Of a stretch of 64,000 nt of DNA, positions 25,473 through 35,639 are shown piece after piece. How positions within the stretch are numbered: position 1 is the stretch's first letter; every line of letters starts with the position of its first letter. Source of the DNA: Paraphysomonas bandaiensis (taxonomy: Eukaryota > Protista > Chrysophyceae); the NCBI GenBank assembly GCA_965644295.1, contig CBFFRP010000362.1, positions 124,001 to 188,000 of the forward strand, in the 5' to 3' direction. Position numbers and translations under genes: made by a program. The notes under the pieces were generated by a model. It saw nothing but the letters and a program-made list of their open reading frames with translations. It ran no database searches and was not told where the DNA came from.

Positions 25473-28307
25473 CTAGTGGCGGAAAAAACTGTACCCAGTT
25501 TTTTTCAGTTTATTTCCCATTCCAGACACCGTATTACACACAGTTTCATAGTTAAGGTCCCCTACATATGTCAATCATGTGCTCAAACATTGAGACATAT
25601 CACATAAACACACTGGGTTACCAATAGAACATGCAATTCTGGAGGTGTGGAGTCTAACTTCCACAACTTTTGGTGGAAATTTGATTGTGAGACTGCAATT
25701 GTTATTCTGCATCAAAATTCACAGTTATGGAGAGCTCCTGAACTCACTGTGAGGTACATAGCAGAGACCAGTTGCTGAAAACAATGTTGTGATAGAAAAG
25801 ATGAGATTGTGAATACTGATTCTGGATTCATTAATAAACGGTCAAGAAATATGCACAGGCCATTGTAGGAGGATCTGTCCTAATTGCATCGTCCTTGTTG
25901 CACTTAATGGTCCCATATGCCTTCCAATTCAAGGAATCGTGATCATTCTTAATGTTTGAGTGATATGAAAACTTCATACTGAGTTTCGTCTTTTATTTTG
26001 TTTTAATTAAGTTCTTTCAAAACTCTTTGCTGTATGGGTATCCATGGTCCCAAACCCCTACAACCGCGGGTGTAGTTGTCCTATTTTGCAGTAAATTTAA
26101 CCCCAATGACTGTTTATGATACTGTTATAATGGTTTGATTAATATAAGTGTGCTTTGATGAATATTAAGGTCATATTGGATGAGTTGATACTTTGCAGAT
26201 GCAATATAATACGCACGTATGTCACTTGTGGCGCTATGTCGTATGATATGATATCAACCCTACCCAATCAAATTGGATGCTTGTAATAAGTTATTATAAC
26301 TAGTTTGCTTTATTTTCTTTTTCAGGTTATAATGTCCTTCATTGTTGGTCTGGAATTGCGATTATACGTAGATAACTTATGCGAGTTTATAGAGATACTT
26401 ATGCGAGTTACGACCGTATAAAAATGGCAGACAACAGTTTTAGCGACTTGTAGAATACGTAACCCCTTTATTATTGATCCTTAGATAGTGTGCCTTCATA
26501 ATATTGCAATAAGCTTCTGTATTTTACGATACCAATGAGCAACATTAACATCTCATGAGATACAAATACAAACAGAATATGTCACTAGAGTATATGTTTG
26601 AGGAAATACTGAACAGAAACCGAACCTTATGTGTGGAGGATTATGACAAATTCTGTTTGTATTTGCATCTTATGAGATGTTAATGTTGCTCACATGTGAC
26701 ATGTTTTGTAATTTGGTAATAATGGCTTGTAGTGACACTCTTGTGGCGTTATTAATCTGCATATAACAAGTGACTAGTTAACTCAATTTCGTATAGAATG
26801 TAATGGTAAGAACAAGAAGGTTGTTTTTAAACCACTAATATCAACCAGGCTTGCGTAACCATTAATGGCCATTAATGGCGACGCATTGCTTCCCCCATTT
26901 TTATGGCCATTCATTTTAAAAATCCCACCATTTTTATGGCCATTAATGGCCATTAATGGACCATTTATGGTTTGATTACTATTGCTTTATTGCTTTTTAG
27001 AAAGAAGTAAATGGAAAGTGCTAATAATTAGACTAAGTACTAGCAATTTAACAGCAATGATGAGCAGTTCGTTCCCATGTTACAGTCAGGTCAGATAGTT
27101 AATACGAACAATATTCTTTAACATCATCAGCAACTATAATATCATCAATGGTAACTTCGTTCCATAAGAATTTGTTGCAACGCAAAAAGAGTAGCAGCTA
27201 AACGGTCACGATAACAATAATATATATAGGTTGTGGGTGAGGTTAGCAAAGATGATATGTAACGGTGTAGTGATAGTAGAAGTCATTGGTATCGTAAATT
27301 ACAGAAGCTTATTGCAATATTATGAAGGCACAAGTCGCTAAAACTGTTGTCTGCCATTTTTATACGGTCGTAACTCGCATAAGTATCTCTATAAACTCGC
27401 ATAAGTTATCTACGTATAATCGCAATTCCAGACCAACAATGAAGGACATTATAACCTGAAAAAGAAAATAAAGCAAACTAGTTATAATAACTTATTACAA
27501 GCATCCAATTTGATTGGGTAGGGTTGATATCATATCATACGACATAGCGCAACAGTGACATACGTGCGTATTATATTGCATCTGCAAAGTATCAACTCAT
27601 CCAATATGACCTTAATATTCATCAAAGCACACTTATATTAATCAAACCATTATAACAGTATCATAAACAGTCATTGGGGTTAAATTTACTGCAAAATAGG
27701 ACAACTACACCCGCGGTTGTAGGGGTTTGGGACCATGGATACCCATACAGCAAAGAGTTTTGAAAGAACTTAATTAAAACAAAATAAAAGACGAAACTCA
27801 GTATGAAGTTTTCATATCACTCAAACATTAAGAATGATCACGATTCCTTGAATTGGAAGGCATATGGGACCATTAAGTGCAACAAGGACGATGCAATTAG
27901 GACAGATCCTCCTACAATGGCCTGTGCATATTTCTTGACCGTTTATTAATGAATCCAGAATCAGTATTCACAATCTCATCTTTTCTATCACAACATTGTT
28001 TTCAGCAACTGGTCTCTGCTATGTACCTCACAGTGAGTTCAGGAGCTCTCCATAACTGTGAATTTTGATGCAGAATAACAATTGCAGTCTCACAATCAAA
28101 TTTCCACCAAAAGTTGTGGAAGTTAGACTCCACACCTCCAGAATTGCATGTTCTATTGGTAACCCAGTGTGTTTATGTGATATGTCTCAATGTTTGAGCA
28201 CATGATTGACATATGTAGGGGACCTTAACTATGAAACTGTGTGTAATACGGTGTCTGGAATGGGAAATAAACTGAAAAAAACTGGGTACAGTTTTTTCCG
28301 CCACTAG
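25473..28307. mobile_element. Non-autonomous foldback DNA transposon, 2,835 bp, ~1-kb TIRs, 4-bp TSD AAGT
   Basis: 25473-~26538 is the reverse complement of ~27283-28307 (ends CTAGTGGCGG...CCGCCACTAG); AAGT at 25469-25472 and 28308-28311; empty site CATCAAAGTGTATTC in the paralogous copy at ~40158-40172. Confidence 0.9.
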
Positions 28308-28355
28308 AAGTGTATTCTTTTTTGCCATGTGTTTTACATACACAGCAACAATTCC

Positions 28356-28356
<1 letters not shown>

Positions 28357-28386
<30 letters not shown>

Positions 28387-28580
28387 TGTATGTATGTATG
28401 TATGTATGTATGTATGTATGTATGTATGTATGTATGTATGTATGTATGTATGTATGTATGTATGTATGTATGTATGTATGTATGTATGTATGTATGTATG
28501 TATGTATGTATGTATGTATGTATGTATGTATGTATGTATGTATGTATGTATGTATGTATGTACTGTATGTATGTATGTAT
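28357..28580. repeat. (TATG)n microsatellite
   Basis: Near-perfect tetranucleotide array of ~220 bp. Confidence 0.98.
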
Positions 28581-28740
28581 TTACAACAAAAAACCTGGGA
28601 TTTTTTAGCCTGATCGAAATATTCACCCACAAACAGTTCCCACCCCTGAACCCACCCCCGAACCCATTGTCTCCCCTTTATTAACCCATAGAAATTCCCC
28701 TAATATTAAAAAATTTTGTGGGCGTTATAAGAAATCCAAA

Positions 28741-29223
28741 ATGTCAGTACTGGAAGGAGATACACAGCAGTATGAAGTATATCTTTACGTTCCTTTCTTG
28801 AGAACAGATATCGATTATAATGATTTTATACGCAAAGTCATTGCAGGTGTACAGCAATATAACATTAATGTGACAGTGTACTACAAAGACACCATAAGTA
28901 ATTGTCCGCCTGAAAAAGAAGTAATTTTGGTTGCACACGGAAATGCAGAGGTTGATAAGTTGTTTTCAAAACAAGAGAATGGTATGAAAATTTCTAAGGA
29001 TTCGGTGATTCGTCGTCTGTCAACATATGGGATCCAGATATACCGATATCTCTCATGTGGTACTTCCGTAGCAGATGGTGGTGTCTTGTTTCTGCTCGAT
29101 ATCACTGAAGGTATCGCGATTGAGGAAATTAAGAAGTATGTTGGCCTTCCCTCATATACTCCTGATACGGATGGTCATTGGGACGTCAAAGACGAACTTG
29201 AACGACCAAATCATAAGTCTTAG
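28741..29223 (+). CDS. 160-aa hypothetical protein, possible caspase-hemoglobinase-fold (C80/CHAT-like) cysteine peptidase
   Basis: Clean intronless ORF; strand-His VILVAHG and strand-Cys YRYLSC motifs 40 residues apart. Confidence 0.5.
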   Translation: MSVLEGDTQQYEVYLYVPFLRTDIDYNDFIRKVIAGVQQYNINVTVYYKDTISNCPPEKEVILVAHGNAEVDKLFSKQENGMKISKDSVIRRLSTYGIQIYRYLSCGTSVADGGVLFLLDITEGIAIEEIKKYVGLPSYTPDTDGHWDVKDELERPNHKS

Positions 29224-29882
29224 CTAGCCATATCCTAAGCGGGCATGCATTCGTAGCCAATAACATCTTGATATTTACTCATTCTGAAGGCTCGGTTTAT
29301 TTATTTGCGAATTCTCTCAGAATAGATTTGTATTGTCAAGTATGATATGTGGTTGTGACATAAAAATGCCTCATTCCGAGAGCGTACCCTAGTACAGTGC
29401 TCGTGTTGATTAAGCTAAGTAACGTGTAAATCTCAGCGTATTCTTTGTGTGTCGGCACCAAGAAAGCTCTAGTTAGATCTACACTATACTTGCATGGCCT
29501 ATATGTATCAAGTTTTGACATCATAAGTGACGCAACTAGGGGTTTGAGCATCACTGGTAGAGTTATCAATGATAGTATCTTCCTCCTCCATGTACACAGA
29601 TGGTCTGAATAATATCTCTTATAGTTTTTTATTCTTCGCAGCTCTTTTGTCAGATAGTACTCTGGCCCGTAAAGCGTCAGCTAGCTGTACTTTAATTTGA
29701 TAGTACTCCATGTATTGAAATTTAATAATATATCAGAAGTTGATATTATTTGCTAAGGTTTACTATTCTCAAATGATAAGATGAAATTATAAACATTACA
29801 TGATAAAGAACCTAAGTTGTGTTCGATGTGTTCAGTACCATTCATTTTTTACTATAGTGTACAAACCACACACTCAGTGATC

Positions 29883-30139
29883 GTATTAGGAGTCATTGAT
29901 TCACGTATATCTCTTAACGCGTGAATACAACACACGTATACAATGAAATACCAAATAGACTGAATAATTACCAAATTATACATGATACGCGACTGTACAA
30001 GATACGCACACGTGTGGTGCTAACGCTCTGCTCAAACATGTCTTGCTATTATACTATTAGGCCTTATCGTTCAATCTTTATCTCTAATAATATCAAGTAT
30101 ATTCTTACTAAATATCAAGACTAACCTTAAATCTTAGTT
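29883..30139 (+). repeat. Copia 5' LTR
   Basis: Identical by eye to 38611-38867. Confidence 0.93.
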
Positions 30140-30157
30140 TGGTAGCGGATGGTAGTT
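30140..30157 (+). other. Primer-binding site, probably initiator tRNA-Met
   Basis: TGGTAGCGGATGGTAGTT is complementary to a tRNA 3' end ...CTACCATCCGCTACCA with U72/A73, typical of iMet. Confidence 0.7.
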
Positions 30158-30308
30158 CTAAGACTAACAGTTACGATAACTCCGACTCCGACTCATCGGA
30201 CAAGAGGAAGGATTCCATGCCACCCTTCGACGCCAAGAACTTCTCAAATGGCAGAAGAAAAGTAGAGCCTGGTTCTTTCGTAAGCCCAAGATAGTATACA
30301 TCCTAAAA

Positions 30309-30348
30309 TCTCAACGCCTATTGCTAAATAATCAGACATTCACTATAC
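30309..30348 (+). mobile_element. 40-bp 3' tip of the LINE/SINE family inserted in Copia gag
   Basis: Matches 45238-45274; flanked by 14-bp TSD TATACATCCTAAAA (30295-30308, 30349-30362). Confidence 0.85.
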
Positions 30349-32357
30349 TATACATCCTAAAAAACGATGCGCCAGAGGAGCCTATACGTCAAGAGGAAGA
30401 AACAGAAGAGGACTACCTATACAGGAAAAAACGCCTACGATGAAAATATGCAGTATTTCGAGGAGGGCAACAATTACCTATGGTCACTTCTATCCAGCGC
30501 GGTGATTGGCCAAAACGAGGAAGCAGAGGATATTATCGAAACAGTCCCTGAAGGAGATGGAAAAAGGGCATGGTCAGAGATCGAAAAGCATTTCAAAGAC
30601 AAGACCTCAAATGATACGATAACCGACCTCATTGGCCAACTGCAATCAATCAAAATCAAGCAAGCTCAAACAAGCAATCAATTCCTGGACGAAGTCGAAA
30701 AATTGCGATTAAAGCTCGCTACACACGGCCACAAAGTCTCTGAACAAGACCTCATTTCAAGAATACGACAAGGGATGGTCTCAAATGAGAACCAGACCTA
30801 TAAGGACCTGGCAATCAACCTCCAAATGAACCCAATTGATGATTATAAAACGCTGATAAGAAGATTGAGAGCATTCGAGCATTCCACTGTAGGCTCCCTA
30901 CTATCACAAAATACGGAAACTAAACGGGATAGCGCAAACTACAGCTCAACAGGCAAACAGCCGTTTAACCCCCATCTATCGAAAAAGAAAAAGCACAACG
31001 GGCAGCGAAATCCAGCAAAACACAAGAAATTCAACAAATCCAGCAGAGCTACAAGTGCAAAGTCGCACGAAGTTAAGTGTTTCAGATGCAATGGATCCAA
31101 CCACATTGCAGCAGAGTGCAAGCACTCGTGGGAACACATACAACAGATGCAGAAGTCCACAAACAAACGAAACGACGACAAAAGAGGGAAAGGGCATCAC
31201 TCAAAGAACACATCATCAAAATACCCAAGAAACAGTCATCGGGATTCGAACTTAAGACTGGAAGACTATGACGATGAGGGGACAAACGATGACAATGACT
31301 ACAGTGCATTCTCTGGGATGATCACAGACAATCACGTCCTACATACGGAATACGAGAAGCAGGAATTTGGCATTCTAGACTCTGGCTGCACAATATCAAT
31401 TACAGCAGCACGAAGCTTACTCTCCGAATTCACTTATGACCAAACCACAATTTACACCGCCAAATCAGGATCAGAAATGCAGGCATTGGGATACGGCAAG
31501 CTTGGACTGATCAGAAAGTGCAAGCTAGTTCCAGATGCGTCAAAGACTTTAATTTCTATCAGCCAGTTGACAACAGACACCGACTGCAACATAGTATTCG
31601 GACAAAACGAGGCACGCATATACCTCGATGGAATTTTGTTAACCACAGCCAGGAAACAAAACGGTATATACGAGGTCAAATTATCCGATTTAGGTTACAT
31701 CCAAGACCAGTGCAACTTGGCATCTACATCAACAAGCGGTTCCTCGATTTCCCTGGCACATCGAAGGTTGACCCACGCATCCATTGGCTTAATTCAAAAA
31801 GCACTAAAATTGAATCTTGTAAAAGGAATCACTATTTCAAAATCCGACCTGAGCTCGCCACAGCTACCAGAAGGCCTTTGTGATGGCTGCGCATAAGGCA
31901 AGGCTCACAGGAGGAAACATAGGCGCGAGACAAGGCAAATAATACCGACAAAAACCAGAAGATCGCAGGAGCTTGGAGGACTTATAGCAGTTGATTTTAC
32001 CGGACCATTTTCACCTGCAGCAATAGTCACAGGAAACACCGTAGTCTTCGGAGCTACCGATGCAGCTTCAAGATACAGTTGAACATTATTCTATGGAAAA
32101 CACAGAACCGAGGATTTTGTCATTGAGTGCATTCAGAAAATTGTGGATTATCTGCATTCGAAAGGCAAACGGCTAGTACACTATCATGCTGATGGTGGTC
32201 GTGAGCTAGTATCACATCGTGTACTGAACTTGATGAGAAAATTAGGATCAACCTGGACCTTCAACGCTCCATACACGCCTGAAGACAACCCCATTCAAGA
32301 ACGACCATGGCGCACGACCAAGGAAAGAACGCTTGCATCCATTTGCAACTCAGGCCT

Positions 32358-35300
32358 GTGTGGGATTCTATGAGGAGCTACGAGATTCTCTTAGACACAT
32401 AAAGATTATGGAGTGGAGGAAAGTGACAACTGTCACGTTCGAACAGTTTTACTTCCAACAGTTGAAACTTATTGATTTGTTTCGAACCATGTTATCCATA
32501 ATGCTGGAGTTTAATAACATTGTTCTTACACTTGCGTGTTTGTGTGGTATACCTGTACTGCGAGCAGTGATTCTGGTTATCAAACCGGGTTGCGTCATAG
32601 TAAATATTTACTTATTTGCTCGCACAAGAATTCTTGTGATTAATTCTTGATACACATCATTTAGATAGACCTGTCTGTGTGACTTGCTTGTGTGCGTTGT
32701 GCAGGGGTGTCTTGTGTTAGTGTGTTGAGTGGTGTCTTGGTGTCTTGGTGGATTCTTACGCAGGTCTGTGGATTTGTAAGTTTCTTCCGGGGGACTTGGG
32801 ACTGGATTTAAGTTATTTCATTGAGACCTGTGAGCGAATTTTCAATTCCCTCCTTGTCGATCTTTGTTAGTCTCTGAAACCAAGGAAGCTGCGTAGCTCT
32901 GAGGTGGAAAATCTGCTGGTGTGCATAAATATAGAACCGTTGTGAGCGGAGCGCTTGATTTACGAGCGAACCCCACATATTAGGCAATATATATATAATC
33001 ACTGTGTGGGTATATAAACTAAAGAGTGTAACAGCAACTAAGGTGGAAGATGCAAACTCCCGTTGGTAGGAGTAGCCCTAAGAGCCATAATATCCATTCT
33101 CGGTTGATGTGATATGTACTTGCCCCCCTATAGGGTAGTATGGGTAATGCCAGTACGTATTCCTATGGAAGTATACACTGCAACTGCTACACTGGAATAC
33201 TGACCCACATAACTTTATTATATATTTGTGGCAGGTTTCACATTGCGTGAAGTCACCATCAGCAGATCGTAGTGTACATCATCATCAGCAGATAAAGTGG
33301 ACATCACACCTGAACGTTGATTCCGTGTGTAAGTACATCACAGCTCATTACCCCCTCTTAATGAGTATAACATAGAATATGCATCCTAGACATGGTATGG
33401 GGTCCTGATAATATAATGTTCTTGATATAGGGTCCTAAACTAATATCACAGGGTCAATGAAAACCCGGTTAGCCATGAAGGAAGCACTTATTCCCATAGT
33501 GCGCAACCTAAAACCACCGGGGGCTCGCAGTGCTATTGGAATTGATGCAGTGGAGATTACACCACATGGCAAGGACGGTTACACTCATATCAATGTGATA
33601 GTGAACCTTCACACAAAGCTCGTTTTTCTGGAACCAGTAAAAGGAGTAACGGCTTTGAATTTAGCGAATACTGTGTGGAAGTATTGGTCCTATTACGGTC
33701 ACACGGACGTCGTGATTTCGGACCAGGGTCCGGATTTAACTTCGGATCTATTCCAACAGCTAACGGAGTACATGGGAATGCGCCATACGTTCAGTATAGC
33801 CAACCGACATGCGAATGGCTCAGAACGTATCATTGGTGAGGTAGTTCGTCACCTACGAGCTCTAGTATATGATGCTAGCGAGCGTCAAGAGCGCAAGGAT
33901 GTTTTTGAAGATCCTAGCTGGATCGCCAGTGTCCAACACATTCTTAACTCTGAAGTGTCATCTGAGACGGGATTCTCACCATTCGAGTTAACTTTTGGAT
34001 CGGAGGGCAAGCGTTATTTTAACGTGGACACCGACTCTCTTTCCCAGGATGCGCATGCACGACTTAAACGTTTTAATGATAACCTTCGTGAGCTCAGGGC
34101 AGCTTCGCATGCTTATCAACAGCGTCTTGTGCAAGAGCGGGCTAGCCAAGGTATACCGGCCGACAAGCAGAACAGATATCAGCCGGGAGATCTTGTTTTG
34201 TTTGACAAGGGTGCTAAAGTCCATCCTAAGATGTCTCACCGTTATATGGGTCCTTTCAAAGTCATATCTCAATATAAAAATGACATTGATTGCAGACATT
34301 TGGTGACTGGACAAGTTGTGAAAGTCGATGTGCGGGAGGTTAAACTTTTTGCGGGTGATCAAGACACAGCGTATAACATGGCTTGTAGAGACCATGAACA
34401 GCATGTGATTGACACGATTCTATACTACAGAGGTGATAGAGACACCAGAACCTCTCTAGTTTTCACTGTGAAATTTCAGGATGGTGATGTTCGTGACATT
34501 CCATTCAGTAAGGATATTTTTGACTCTATTCCATATGCCGATTTCTGTTCTAGGAAAAGATATTTATATCATCTTATTTATCCGGTTAAAGAGGCAAAGG
34601 AATATATTGCAAAAATCCGTAAACAGCCTATCACTAGTTTTCAGCCAGGTGATGAGGCTTATGTTGACTTAAGAGTTTTCGGGGACCTGTGGTATGAAAG
34701 CCTGGAGTTACCGGATTCTCATTTGATTACTTATGTTGCACGTTTTGTCTTCACACATTGGTATCACAAAAGTTCCAAACGGATACTTTCAACTAAAAAT
34801 GTGTTGACTAAACAAACTTTCCGACTTGATAATTACCATATTCATTGTTTTGCCCATAAAGAATTCGATTCTTCCACAATGGTCTTGGTAGACGAGGATT
34901 TTGCCAGCAAATTTCCACAAGTTAATCAGTCGGTATAGAGTGTTCCTACTCTACAATTTACGATGTGAAATTTTCCAGTATTCTCCGAATTACATCTATA
35001 ATATGATAATAAAACTCCATGGTGGTTCGTTTTGATGGCTATTTCAAACCTAGTCCCATTGACATGTGTGCGACCATGGATTTCTCACAAAAAAGAGGGG
35101 GGGGAGGCAGTGTGACCACACGTGGCATTTCCTATGCCCTATCTACGTGGCTATAGTACCAGAACTGCATGCATTGCCCATTCAGGACCCTGTGATATTA
35201 GTAGAAGTATCTTCCTCCTCCAACAATTCTCTTACAGACTCATCCCGCCAAGGAGTGCGATAGTGCTCCGCCAGATTATGCAGAGTAGAGTATCTCCTTG

Positions 35301-35639
35301 TATCACGTTTCTTTACCGGTTTCGGCAACGTGTCAGGAACAGTAGGTGTTCCTTTCGTAACTGTTTCATCTGCCCCTGGGATATTTTGATCTTCCCTTAA
35401 AATCGTGGGGCTCTGCGCTCTAGAGCCGACAGGTGTACCTCTACGTGAGGCTCGCTCTTCGAGTCGCGTGACTCTGAACGTTAAGTCATCTATTCTCGTA
35501 TCGAATTTCCTTTCCAAGGCATCGAAACGTGCAAGAATGATTTCGAGCATTGAAGGCTCTAGATCCTCCTTAACACTGTCTTTAACACTGCCTTCAGAAC
35601 CAGAGTGGCTCTTAGGGCTACTCCTACCAACGGGAGTTT
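32358..35639. mobile_element. Rearranged Ty3/Gypsy-derived insertion interrupting the Copia integrase
   Basis: Flanked by GCCT (32354-32357, 35640-35643); removal restores Copia NSGLPPNFWEQA. Contains gag pieces in both orientations, an integrase, PPT (~35090-35107) and a split LTR. Confidence 0.85.
33457..34938 (+). CDS. Gypsy-type integrase core with GPY/F motif and chromodomain-like C-terminus (N-truncated)
   Basis: IGID, ISDQG, NGSER (DDE), TGFSPFEL, YMGPF; followed by a PPT and TGTGAC LTR start at 35111. Confidence 0.85.
   Translation: MKTRLAMKEALIPIVRNLKPPGARSAIGIDAVEITPHGKDGYTHINVIVNLHTKLVFLEPVKGVTALNLANTVWKYWSYYGHTDVVISDQGPDLTSDLFQQLTEYMGMRHTFSIANRHANGSERIIGEVVRHLRALVYDASERQERKDVFEDPSWIASVQHILNSEVSSETGFSPFELTFGSEGKRYFNVDTDSLSQDAHARLKRFNDNLRELRAASHAYQQRLVQERASQGIPADKQNRYQPGDLVLFDKGAKVHPKMSHRYMGPFKVISQYKNDIDCRHLVTGQVVKVDVREVKLFAGDQDTAYNMACRDHEQHVIDTILYYRGDRDTRTSLVFTVKFQDGDVRDIPFSKDIFDSIPYADFCSRKRYLYHLIYPVKEAKEYIAKIRKQPITSFQPGDEAYVDLRVFGDLWYESLELPDSHLITYVARFVFTHWYHKSSKRILSTKNVLTKQTFRLDNYHIHCFAHKEFDSSTMVLVDEDFASKFPQVNQSV

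Noticed and set aside
28295-28307. CTAG end suggesting a Helitron
   Set aside because: Both ends are kilobase inverted repeats with a TSD, unlike Helitrons.
28225-28684. MYVC/HTYI repeat ORFs
   Set aside because: Translations of the stop-free (TATG)n microsatellite.
29921-30124. 67-aa ORF repeated at 38649
   Set aside because: Incidental GTG-start frame within the identical LTRs.
33108-33450. Apparent solo LTR TGTGATAT...ATATCACA
   Set aside because: The right end is gag-derived (reverse complement of 35186-35202), so it is a rearrangement junction.
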